Source of the DNA: an uncultured Thiotrichaceae bacterium
GTDB lineage: Bacteria > Pseudomonadota > Gammaproteobacteria > SZUA-229
NCBI GenBank assembly: GCA_964531165.1
Contig: CAZHEA010000005.1
Location: 16,858 to 80,857 of the forward strand
Direction: 5' to 3'
DNA length: 64,000 nt
Positions within the stretch are counted from its first letter, which is position 1. Each line of letters starts with the position of its first letter. The notes under the pieces are model-generated. The model was given only the letters and a program-made list of their open reading frames with translations, was not told the DNA's origin and did no database searches. Positions 18,601 to 25,956 of the stretch are shown here, piece after piece. A program made the position numbers and the translations under genes.

Positions 18601-20686
18601 TTGAAACAGGTTGTGCCTGCTCATCATTTACCTGTGCGCTAACGATGTAACTTGCTACCAGAGAATCCGTTAACGTAAAACTTGCTCCACTTCCACTCAA
18701 GCCAGTATCCGTACTCCAGCTAACCGTAGAAGATATGTCATCACCCGCGGCGTTCGTCGCAACGGCATTAAGCGTTATGCTCTGCCCGACTGTCACCGAC
18801 TGATCACCACCATTAATGGCTACGCGGGTAACCGGAATCGACTCCTGCCAGCCATCAATAATAGAAGCTGCTCCACTAATTCCCGCTGCACTTAAGATTG
18901 ATCGAACATCATAGGTGAATGGGCTAGCCGCTAAATCAAGTGCTGTATTAACAGTCTGTTGAACACCTGTTGTATTTTGATAACCATAAACCAGTATATG
19001 CAAAGGCGTAGTCACCTGATCCATCACCTGAGTAAACATCAGCGTGTTACTGGCAATAATGTAAACAATCGGGTTAACGCCACGATAGTCTACTGCTATA
19101 CCGTAAGTATCTGTTCCACTGATACTGGTGTTAGCCGAACCCAGTTGGTTGGTCTGGTTGTAATAAATATATCCCAGCGCATTAATACCAATACTTTGAG
19201 CTGAATAACCACCATAGTTAACCAGACTGGCGGATGCCGTTGCAACTCCGAAGCCCATATTATCTGTGGCAATTTCACGACGCCCTTCAAAATAATAAAA
19301 ACCACTACCCGCGGCAATGGACTGGTCAGTACGCACTGCACGGTGTGTTGAGCCCGCTGAGTAAATCACCCCAAAACGATCAGCTGTTAAACTGATACTC
19401 GGATCTTTATCGGTAGTGCTCAGTCTCGCCGGCGCATTAGGATAAGAAAAGCTATCATTAGGGTTAGTGCCAAACTGATATTCACTTAAACTGGAGTAGC
19501 TGTCCGCATCCGGGTCTAACAGTGCATCACCTGCAGCTAACGGATCTAACCCATTATTCACCTCATAGGCATCCGGCAGACCATCGTTGTCCGTATCCGC
19601 ATTTAATGGGTCGGTCAGTGTCGTATTCACTTCTACACCGTCAGTCAATCCATCAGCATCCGAATCAGGATTATTCGGATCAGTACCCAGTCCGGCTTCC
19701 ACGATATCAGATAAGCCATCCGCATCTGCATCCGCATCGATAAAGTTAACGTTAACCGTTGAGGTAACAGGCTGGTTATTAATATCTAAAACCTGCGCTG
19801 TAACCACATGAGTCGCAAGCTGACTATCGGTAATCGTAATTGAAGAACCGGTTGCACTGGCGCCCTTATCTGTACTCCAGCTTATGCTGGAAGAAACATC
19901 GATGCCGTTTTCATCAGTGGCAAGCGCACTGATAGTGACAGACTGGCCCAATGAAACATTACGATCACCATTAACAATACTGACCTGCGCATTAGCCGAC
20001 CAGCCATTAATAATTCCTGCTGTACCCGTTACACCCGCTGCACTTAATATGCCACTAACATCATAGGTAAATGGAGCATTCACAAGATCAGCCGCCGCAT
20101 TTATGGTTTGCTGAACGCCAGTCGTATTTTGATAGCCATAAGCCAGAATGTGTAATGGTGTAGTTACCTGATCCATTACCTGAGTGAACATTAATGTATT
20201 GCTGGCAATTAGATAAACAACCGGATTAACACCGCGATAGTCCACCGCAATACCAAATGTATCAGTACCGGTAATACTGCTATTAGCCGAGCCTAACTGG
20301 TTAGTCTGATTGTAATAAATATAACCCAGTGCATTGATGCCAATACTATCTGTGCCGAAGCCACCATAGTTAGTTAGACTGGCAGTTGAAGTTGCGACAC
20401 CAAAGCCTAAGTTGGCTACTGCAATTTCACGACGGCCTTCATAATAATAAAAACCACTAGCCGGTTGAATGGATATATCGGAACGTACACCACGGTGCGT
20501 ATTACCTGCAGAAAATATGACGCCCAGACTATCTGCACTGAGAGTAATACTGGAATCTTTATCAGTAGAGCTGAGTACAGCCGGGGCTGCATAAATTATT
20601 GATGGGAAGACAAGAATACAAAAAACGAACAGTATGCGTGTAAACTGATTGATAAACACGCCGGACTTTAAACCTTTCATTAACAC
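12611..20686 (-). CDS. 2691-aa modular secreted protein: SP-[SPRY-like/Ig-like/TSP3-type Ca-binding]x3-SPRY-like x2-TSP3-[Ig-like/TSP3/golvesin-C-like]x3
   Basis: Uninterrupted 8.1 kb ORF with a Sec signal (FPSIIYA|AP). There are five roughly 200-aa modules with 'SGFYYYEGRREI / SGWYYIEAQRQV / GEFRYFEAHRLL' and 'GIAVDYRG..PVVY' (SPRY/B30.2-like). Seven blocks of four D-x-D-x-D-G-x-x-D motifs give 28 by my count. There are six roughly 85-aa Ig/PKD-like modules. Three roughly 135-aa modules read 'GSW.SSGGSDHYGAGSLYATVGGA.DRYRFTP....Y.VYVWNSCY.NRAVNVKHIIQ...G.TT.EVDQDCDTGVFGQWNLLGTF.F.AG..GYLEITDEG..PP.TTYMGADAARF', resembling golvesin C-terminal-like CBM-type domains. Confidence 0.9.
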   Translation of the reverse strand: MLMKGLKSGVFINQFTRILFVFCILVFPSIIYAAPAVLSSTDKDSSITLSADSLGVIFSAGNTHRGVRSDISIQPASGFYYYEGRREIAVANLGFGVATSTASLTNYGGFGTDSIGINALGYIYYNQTNQLGSANSSITGTDTFGIAVDYRGVNPVVYLIASNTLMFTQVMDQVTTPLHILAYGYQNTTGVQQTINAAADLVNAPFTYDVSGILSAAGVTGTAGIINGWSANAQVSIVNGDRNVSLGQSVTISALATDENGIDVSSSISWSTDKGASATGSSITITDSQLATHVVTAQVLDINNQPVTSTVNVNFIDADADADGLSDIVEAGLGTDPNNPDSDADGLTDGVEVNTTLTDPLNADTDNDGLPDAYEVNNGLDPLAAGDALLDPDADSYSSLSEYQFGTNPNDSFSYPNAPARLSTTDKDPSISLTADRFGVIYSAGSTHRAVRTDQSIAAGSGFYYFEGRREIATDNMGFGVATASASLVNYGGYSAQSIGINALGYIYYNQTNQLGSANTSISGTDTYGIAVDYRGVNPIVYIIASNTLMFTQVMDQVTTPLHILVYGYQNTTGVQQTVNTALDLAASPFTYDVRSILSAAGISGAASIIDGWQESIPVTRVAINGGDQSVTVGQSITLNAVATNAAGDDISSTVSWSTDTGLSGSGASFTLTDSLVASYIVSAQVNDEQAQPVSISVTIQFVDIDTDSDGLSDSQESILGTDPLVADTDADGINDGDEVNLYGTNPLSADTDGDGLSDLYEVNNLLNPLDAVDAANDADNDGYSNFDEFQQGTDPNDIFSYPNSPARLSATDKDPSINLTADRFGVTYTAGSTHRAVRSNVAIQPGSGFYYFEGTRQVASGNMGFGVATAAATLANFGGDSDQSIGMNSLGLVYYNNTSQLGSNNTIISSAATFGVAVDYTGANPVVYLIAGDTLMFTQLMDQVTGPLHILVYGNQTTTGVQQTINSAQDLVVQPFVYDVKTILSSTGVAGTAQIYNGWVAQTTVAITSANLSANVGTSLTLTAVAKDRQGNDISSTINWSDSASALTATGSNFSVTSSTIASHTITAEVLNEQGFAVKAVTIVNFTAVDTDNDGLTDDIEALLGTDPLISDTDLDGLSDGVEVNQTLTDPLNIDSDSDGISDGYEVSHASDPLVNDSSLDTDGDGFTNLDEFVNGTNSNNPNSYPGGPTETQLNDADKYASVVIDATGLSATFTEATSRAVRGTQIISAGSGWYYIEAQRQVAQGDYGIGVASANAPLNAAAGTDLESMGLTTDGRILYNGTVQQTFTQLSINQYYGLAVDYTGTSPVVYPIVTGTDGFELLLNSVALPNITGDLYVMAFGTGTAGSTAQITLNAGDDPNNAPFNFPANYLMFNAGNAGAEFMGMGWGGVHTYTGRPTVKQFSEVTLLKDGSEGDGITLSADNLSAAYAIDEKMAIRANQGMIGEFRYFEAHRLLDRLVAGSNSSYGAGQGVTTQYGRTNPYPFDPEQPSMSLNSMIGIWRNLNFITDFDLSAYYYGFVVDYRAARPVIHVILFDEIIHTMVLPDVFTPLHPMLYGNTQGQGVLTNRINFGATPFKFNPKAAMDRAGIDSTDFVSGWGDVNKDSDSDNLRDSDEIIYGTDPLNADTDGDGLLDGYEIYTLNTSAVSADTDNDGMPDAYEIQAGLDPLVNDAAADIDADGISNLDEYLAGTGIINAAPNLAIVQQDFSLDISATLSVSATVSDVIDGDLSASVSWSDNNSSNTATGLNFSFVPTLGVHQITAQVTDSGGLTSTASIVVTVIDPTLVDTDGDGLYDEEEMALGTDINNPDTDADALNDGNEVNLYFTNPLIADTDGDGIPDGYEIANNLTPIDAADAALDNDGDGRSNLEEYLSGTNPNVADPAPGDIIVIDTDEVGTSQVGSWNNSGGSDHYGAGSLYATVGGAVDRYRFTPAIALSSNYEVYVWNSCYANRAVNVKHIIQHAAGITTVEVDQDCDTGVFGQWNLLGTYGFNAGSTGYLEITDEGIVPPATTYMGADAARFIRVGEVNNSPVMTISSTAANLTDGDQITLTATANDVEDGNISALISWQDDLSGLTATGNSFTFVPGLGVHTLTASVVDSSNASSSITSTITVVLSTGLLDEDNDGLNTDAEIAAGTDPLNPDSDGDGLFDGEEVLTHNTNPLSSDTDGDGIDDFFELNNSLNPLDASDAALDSDNDGVSNLDEFLAGTDPNQAPAAPVVEFIIDTDEVGTSQSGNWNSSGGSDHYGAGSLYATVGGAIDRYRFTPDLPQTSSYAVYVWNSCYSNRAVNVKHIIQHASGITTIEVDQDCDTGVFGQWNLLGTFSFNAGNSGYLEITDEGITPPATTYMGADAARFVQVGAVNSLPVITLSTTSAGLTDGDQITISATATDAEDGDLSAMINWLDDLSGTGTNGNSFTFVPGVGVHSVTATVTDSENGSASATSTITVVLSQGLLDDDSDGLNNDGETAAGTDPLNPDSDSDGLQDGAEVLTWNTNPLSADTDGDTMDDFFEVNNGLDPLDPNDAFLDADNDGVSNLDEYLAGTNPQQAPVSEFIIDTDEAGTSQSGSWVSSGGSDHYGAGSLYATVGGAVDRYRFTPDLPQAGNYEVYVWNSCYYNRAVNVKHIIQSTIGLTTLEVDQDCDTGVFGQWNLLGTFNFAAGSAGYLEITDEGIVPPSTTYMGADAARFVAVP
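12614..15598 (-). repeat. three tandem ~1.0 kb coding repeats (aa ~1697-2691 of the giant protein)
   Basis: Units are roughly 14615-15598, 13616-14614 and 12614-13615, each Ig-like + 4x TSP3-type + golvesin-C-like. By eye about three-quarters or more nucleotide identity over the stretches I compared (not computed). Confidence 0.85.
17117..20587 (-). repeat. three tandem ~1.15 kb coding repeats (aa 34-1190 of the giant protein)
   Basis: Unit boundaries fall near 19438/19439 and 18280/18281 ('PNAPARLSTTDKDPSI' and 'PNSPARLSATDKDPSI' restart the unit). The units are clearly homologous at protein level and diverged at the DNA level. Confidence 0.85.
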
Positions 20687-21026
20687 TTCCCTAAAAAATA
20701 TTATTCATTTAGTCGCTAATTCAACTATTACCACATTTTACTGGATGTTATTGGGATAACAATCACCTAAACGTAGTACTAATATTTGAATTGAATAATA
20801 TAGTATAAGCACGTTTCAGGCCTATTTTGTATCTAATTGATTTTTAAAGAATTAATTATTATAAATCGGTTTAATTTGACTTTAACTGTAAAATTTATCG
20901 ACATAATATTTAAGATAGGCGGGAACTTTTTATTCACTGATAAAACACAGTATACGTAGAAAAATAAACATGCCGGATCACCCTTGATGCATATTTTCTG
21001 GTAAATTCAAACACAGGTAAAGTAGA

Positions 21027-21857
21027 TTAAAAGCGCTTAATCCAGTTAGTCATTGCCAAAAAAGCTTTATTGCGCTGCTCAAGCAATGCATAAATATGAT
21101 CTGAATAGGCAAAATACTCCACTTCAACATCACTACAGAATGCATGAGAGTTGAACGTATCTACAAATTGCTGTGCGTAGTTATAATACTCACGCACACC
21201 ACTTGTATAAATGTATAAATGCTTATTACCTTTATTGTGCAAGCTTTCCATATCATCAATATAATCCTGCTTGTCTGGCAGCTCCCAGTAATACGCATCA
21301 GCTCCGCTTTCACCTGAACCGGATTTCCTGCCGACCGGCAAAAACTTCATCATAATACGGCCTATTAAACCTAACATACGTTTCGGGCTAGCCAGTATCG
21401 GCGCATAACGCTTAATATAAAAACGCCTGGTGGGGTAACCGTAACCATCGAGTAAAATTGAACCGGTAATATCCTCATATTTTACCGCCGCACGATGAGC
21501 TAAATCAGCTCCCGTACATAAGCCCATTACAATAATTTTTGCTGGTGCTACTTTTTCTTTAATAAATTCAATGGCCTCTCCTACATCCTGTAAGTTTCGA
21601 TCTTTGAATGACTGACTATTTGACGCTAATTTTTCACTATCGCCAATACCAGATAAATCAAAACGAAATGAAGCGAAACCCGCCTCCGCTAAATATAGAG
21701 AAAACTCTTTATTCATACGTAACGGTCCAGGACGATGCACCAGACCTGAATTTAAGATCAGAACCAAAGGCCTATCCTGATTTTGTTGCTCACTCTCGGG
21801 CTCAGATAAAATCCCAACCAGATTTTGTTTCTCACCAAATAGAAATGCCTTATCCAT
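21027..21857 (-). CDS. alpha/beta-fold protein resembling exosortase-A-system-associated hydrolase 1; Cys at nucleophile elbow
   Basis: 'FLFGEKQNLVGILSEP...PLVLILNSGLVHRPGPLRMNKEFSLYLAEAGFASFRFDLSGIGDS' fits the hydr1_PEP N-terminal pattern as I recall it. The nucleophile elbow reads 'IIVMGLCTGADLA' (G-L-C114-T-G). Confidence 0.6.
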   Translation of the reverse strand: MDKAFLFGEKQNLVGILSEPESEQQNQDRPLVLILNSGLVHRPGPLRMNKEFSLYLAEAGFASFRFDLSGIGDSEKLASNSQSFKDRNLQDVGEAIEFIKEKVAPAKIIVMGLCTGADLAHRAAVKYEDITGSILLDGYGYPTRRFYIKRYAPILASPKRMLGLIGRIMMKFLPVGRKSGSGESGADAYYWELPDKQDYIDDMESLHNKGNKHLYIYTSGVREYYNYAQQFVDTFNSHAFCSDVEVEYFAYSDHIYALLEQRNKAFLAMTNWIKRF

Positions 21858-21861
21858 TATC

Positions 21862-22647
21862 CTACCCTATTACTTCTATAATTTTATCAATTGACGAGTT
21901 TGGCAGAACTTTAGCTTCTATCTTATTCGCATTTTTCCATTCTGACTCTGTATCGAAATTATGCAGCGTCGCTTTTTTTAAAAAAGTATCATCACTTATT
22001 AAGTGCTCTGCATTATAACTATCGGCATAACTAAAAATATCAATCCTTTTAGTTTTAATTTTTTCTAAATCAGATAATTTTAACGACCCGACTTTATCTC
22101 TGAAACTAAGCGGAAAATCATGGCCAACGAGCTCTGTAGAAGAATCAGTGTTTGACAAAAAGTCCAGATCAAAACGATTAGGATCAACCAGCATCTGATT
22201 ATGTATGGTTTGCAGATCCTTTAAATAAGCTTCGCCATCTACTACCGGATCCCATAAGACCAAACGACTGAACTTATAAGACTCCGAAGCAAATGAGGCT
22301 AACAAAGCTCCATAGCGATAACCCACTACACTGACTTTTCGAGTTGCCGATATTGTTTTAATTTCATCGCATGACAGGGTTATATCTTTGATAAACTGCT
22401 CAACAGAAACCTCATGACTCTGCCCTGATGAATCACCTGTTGCAAAATAATCAAAACGTAAAACATGATAACCGTTAGCCGCTAATTTTTTTGCCAGAAC
22501 GCGCATTACACTGTGCGTTCTACCATATTCAAAACCAATAGGATTACATAATACAATTGATGTATCCTGTAATTGCGAGGTTGCAGAAGGCTGGTGATGA
22601 ATACCAAACAAAGGCTTTTCCGCATCACCAAAAAACAAGGGTATCAC
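21862..22647 (-). CDS. alpha/beta-fold protein resembling exosortase-A-system-associated hydrolase 2; no nucleophile at elbow
   Basis: 'PLFGIHHQP...IVLCNPIGFEYGRTHSVMRVLAKKLAANGYHVLRFDYFATGDSSG' fits the hydr2_PEP-like pattern. The elbow reads 'VSVVGYRYGALLA' (G-Y-R111-Y-G). Confidence 0.6.
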   Translation of the reverse strand: MIPLFFGDAEKPLFGIHHQPSATSQLQDTSIVLCNPIGFEYGRTHSVMRVLAKKLAANGYHVLRFDYFATGDSSGQSHEVSVEQFIKDITLSCDEIKTISATRKVSVVGYRYGALLASFASESYKFSRLVLWDPVVDGEAYLKDLQTIHNQMLVDPNRFDLDFLSNTDSSTELVGHDFPLSFRDKVGSLKLSDLEKIKTKRIDIFSYADSYNAEHLISDDTFLKKATLHNFDTESEWKNANKIEAKVLPNSSIDKIIEVIG

Positions 22648-22701
22648 TCAACTACTCCTTAAAAGAACACACATGCGTATATCCTGATATTAAAATTTAA
22701 A

Positions 22702-25700
22702 TTATTTAAAAACCTTTTTAAATATTGAATTAATCATGGATTTCTTTTTCGTATCTGTTTGCTGAACTTCGTTAGAAGAACTATCATCTTCAGCAAACCC
22801 GCACTGCTCTGCCATATGCTCTAACGAATCAAGTATAATAACCCGCGGATTTATTTTTATTCCAGTTATATCTTTTACCTTCATTATCACCTGCATAGAA
22901 AGCAATGAGTGCCCACCGATATCAAAAAAGTTATCATGCACACTAATGTTTTCAATCGCTGTATCGAGTACTTCAGCCCATATTTTTGCAAGTTGTTTAC
23001 CCGCATAGGTTTCAGGTAAAACTTTTTCATCGTTATCCGCACTATTATCTGCAAATGCATCGGGTAACGCTTTACGATCAACCTTACCGTTTGGTGTTAG
23101 AGGCAACTCCTCTAATTCGACAAAATGTTGTGGCAACATATAATCAGGCAAATCATTTTTAATTAAATCACGCAGTGAAGTTGGCGTAACAGTAACGCCT
23201 TCTGCCACCACAATATAGGCAACCAACCTGGGGTCACCGGCTCTGATTTCATTAACAACCACAACAGCCTGTTCAATCTCGCTCTGTTGTGCAAGTACCG
23301 CTTCTATCTCACCCAGTTCAATTCGAAAACCCCGCACCTTAACCTGATTATCAATTCTCTGGCTATATTCAAGGTCACCACTTTGATGGAACTTAACCGC
23401 ATCACCGGTTCGATACAAACGTTCATCACCTGTACTAAACGGGCTTAAAACATAACGCTCCTCGGTCAGATCATCACGATTTAAATACCCCTTGGTTACT
23501 CCGTCGCCACCAATATATAACTCACCCGGCACACCAACCGGAAGTGGACGTAAATGCTCATCGAGTACATAAAATTGCGTATTATTGATTGGCTTACCTA
23601 TGAGTATAGGGGCATTTGCATCGGTTATTTTATAACAACTTGACCAGACCGTGGTTTCAGTCGGCCCATACATGTTCCATACTTCTTTAACTCGCGGCAA
23701 TAATTCAACCAGCAGATCACGAGGCATGGCTTCACCCCCACAAAGCACTTTAAGCGACGCATCACCCTTCCACTGACAGGCCAGTAAAAGTCGCCAGGTT
23801 GCCGGAGTTGCCTGCATTATAGAAACATCATGCTCTTCCATTAAATCAACCAGGTCATCACCATCGATCGCTTCATCCGTAGTCGCTATCACAACTGTCG
23901 CACCCTGACTCAATGGTAAATACAGTTCTAAAACTGCAATATCAAATGATAATGTCGTCACCGCTAACAAAGTATCATCTGCGGAAAGACCGGGTTTTTT
24001 TGCCATGCTTAAAATAAAATTACCCGCAGCATTATGATGAACCATTACACCTTTAGGCTTACCCGTAGAGCCGGAAGTGTAAATAATATAGGCCAGGTCA
24101 TCAGCACTAATTTTTATATTCGGGTCAGTCACCGGCTGTGAGTTTATCGATTCTTTCTCTACATCAACCTGCACCGGTTTTGTAATATCGGGTAACTGAA
24201 TGCGCTTTAATACACTGGACTGAGTTACCACAAGCTCTGCATTGGAATTTTCCAGCATGTATTGAATACGATCCTGCGGATACTCAGGATCAAGAGGAAT
24301 ATAACAGGCGCCCGCTTTTAAAATACCCAGTGTCGCTATGATCATGTCCAGCGAACGCTCAAGACATACACCAATTAGTGCATTATCTTTCACACCCTGA
24401 TTAATCAGGTAATGAGCAAGCTGGTTGGCTTTATCATTTAATTCTTTATATGTTAGTTCCTCATCGTCACAAATCACCGCTACTTTATCTGCGTTATCTT
24501 CACACTGAGCCTCAAATAGCTGATGAATTATTTTTGGTTGACTAAATGAAGCGACCGTTTTATTCCAGTCTTTAGTAACTTTTTCATACTCTGTATCTGA
24601 TAGAATATTTAAATCGGAAATTGGTGCATCTGGATTACTGACAGCATTTTCCAGTAAAATCTGAAAATGCTCTGCAAATCGTTGCAATGTATCATCTTCA
24701 AATATTTCAGAATTGTATTCGAGTAAGCCGCGAATACCATCCTCCGCCTCCCATAGCCAGGCCAGCATATCAAATTTGGCAGACTGATTATGTAGTTTTT
24801 GAGATTTTACATTACAGGCCTCAAGGTTGATTTCCATAGGGGGTTCCTGAAATGTGAAACCAACCTGAAATAACGGATTATAACTGGTATCACGTTTAGG
24901 CTGCAGACCTTCCACGATCATTTCAAAGGGAAAGTCCTGATTGGCATTCGCACTAAATACCATTTTCCGTACACGTTTTAACACCTCATTAAAACTGGGA
25001 TTACCCGATAAGTCGGTAAAAATTGGAATGGTATTTATAAAGCATCCCATGATTTTTTCCAGCTCAGGCTGATGACTTCGATTTGCAAAAGGTGTCCCGA
25101 CTGACACTTCACTCTGCTTCGAATAAATACCCAGTAAAACAGCATAACCTGCCATCAACGTAATAAACATTGACACACTTTGCTGACGTGAAAGTGCTTT
25201 TAAGTTATTTTTTAATGATAGCGGAAACCATAAGTGATATTCCCTGCCGATCATTGCTTGCATCGGCGGTCTTTGACTATCCAGTGGCAAGTCCAGATAC
25301 TCAGCTTTGCCCTGCAACTGTTGTAACCAGAAATCCAGCTTAGGCGCTAATTGCTCATGCGTCTGATGTTGATTCTGCCAAACGGAATAATCCGCATATT
25401 GTAATTCAGGGTCAACTAAAGATGACGACTGATTATTCAGATATGTTTTATAAAGTAGCGTCAACTCTTCCGCAAACTGCACAATAGAGATATGGTCTAA
25501 AATAATATGATGGAAATTTAAAAACAAGATACATGAAGATTCAGAGCGTTTTATTACACTTGCACGAATCAGCGGGCCTTCTGATAGGTCAAACAGGCGC
25601 ACGGTTTCTTTCTCAATATATTCTTTAACACTTTGTTCAGAATTTAAATCGTCGATCAATGGCAGATCTATCGTCATTTGTGGGCGAACAATTTGAACCA

Positions 25701-25923
25701 GCCCATCATCAGTATCCATAAAAAATGTTCGGAAAGTTTCATGCCTATCAATAATTTCATTAATAGCTTTATGTATTGCTGCTACATTTAACTGCCCTTC
25801 AATATCATATGCAAACGGAATATTATAGGCGGGACTTTCCTGATTTAACTGATTTAAAAACCAGATTTGCTTTTGCGGATATGTTGTTGGAAATACATAA
25901 ACGTCTTCATTATTACTAGTCAC
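22702..25923 (-). CDS. NRPS module C-A-T, A domain predicted glycine-specific
   Basis: C domain 'HHIILD' (aa 138-143). A-domain cores are 'YTSGSTGKPKGV', 'SFDIAVLE', 'NMYGPTETT', 'YRTGD', 'VKVRGFRIELGEIE' and 'PNGKVDR'. T domain 'FFDIGGHSLL'. The hand-extracted specificity code is D-I-L-Q-L-G-M-V-W-K. There is no TE, R or terminal C domain. Confidence 0.95.
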   Translation of the reverse strand: MTSNNEDVYVFPTTYPQKQIWFLNQLNQESPAYNIPFAYDIEGQLNVAAIHKAINEIIDRHETFRTFFMDTDDGLVQIVRPQMTIDLPLIDDLNSEQSVKEYIEKETVRLFDLSEGPLIRASVIKRSESSCILFLNFHHIILDHISIVQFAEELTLLYKTYLNNQSSSLVDPELQYADYSVWQNQHQTHEQLAPKLDFWLQQLQGKAEYLDLPLDSQRPPMQAMIGREYHLWFPLSLKNNLKALSRQQSVSMFITLMAGYAVLLGIYSKQSEVSVGTPFANRSHQPELEKIMGCFINTIPIFTDLSGNPSFNEVLKRVRKMVFSANANQDFPFEMIVEGLQPKRDTSYNPLFQVGFTFQEPPMEINLEACNVKSQKLHNQSAKFDMLAWLWEAEDGIRGLLEYNSEIFEDDTLQRFAEHFQILLENAVSNPDAPISDLNILSDTEYEKVTKDWNKTVASFSQPKIIHQLFEAQCEDNADKVAVICDDEELTYKELNDKANQLAHYLINQGVKDNALIGVCLERSLDMIIATLGILKAGACYIPLDPEYPQDRIQYMLENSNAELVVTQSSVLKRIQLPDITKPVQVDVEKESINSQPVTDPNIKISADDLAYIIYTSGSTGKPKGVMVHHNAAGNFILSMAKKPGLSADDTLLAVTTLSFDIAVLELYLPLSQGATVVIATTDEAIDGDDLVDLMEEHDVSIMQATPATWRLLLACQWKGDASLKVLCGGEAMPRDLLVELLPRVKEVWNMYGPTETTVWSSCYKITDANAPILIGKPINNTQFYVLDEHLRPLPVGVPGELYIGGDGVTKGYLNRDDLTEERYVLSPFSTGDERLYRTGDAVKFHQSGDLEYSQRIDNQVKVRGFRIELGEIEAVLAQQSEIEQAVVVVNEIRAGDPRLVAYIVVAEGVTVTPTSLRDLIKNDLPDYMLPQHFVELEELPLTPNGKVDRKALPDAFADNSADNDEKVLPETYAGKQLAKIWAEVLDTAIENISVHDNFFDIGGHSLLSMQVIMKVKDITGIKINPRVIILDSLEHMAEQCGFAEDDSSSNEVQQTDTKKKSMINSIFKKVFK

Positions 25924-25956
25924 TTTTAGTCCTGTTTACTTAGGTCAATGTTTAAA

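Noticed and set aside
13053-19811. Many 60-210-aa ORFs in the track inside the giant gene (e.g. 13053..13412+, 14058..14693+, 17406..17699+, 19587..19811+)
   Set aside because: All are antisense or out of frame to a strongly supported long CDS. Their Ser/Pro/Leu-rich low-complexity translations are typical of reverse-frame artefacts of Asp/Gly/Thr-rich coding sequence.
12614-20587. Kb-scale tandem repeats that might be taken for a CRISPR array or a non-coding satellite
   Set aside because: They lie entirely within one uninterrupted 8.1 kb ORF. The units are 1.0-1.15 kb and encode homologous protein modules. There is no short repeat/spacer periodicity.
21608-22018. 136-aa plus-strand ORF spanning the junction of the two hydrolase genes
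   Set aside because: It is antisense to two well-supported CDSs, has no SD, and its translation is featureless.
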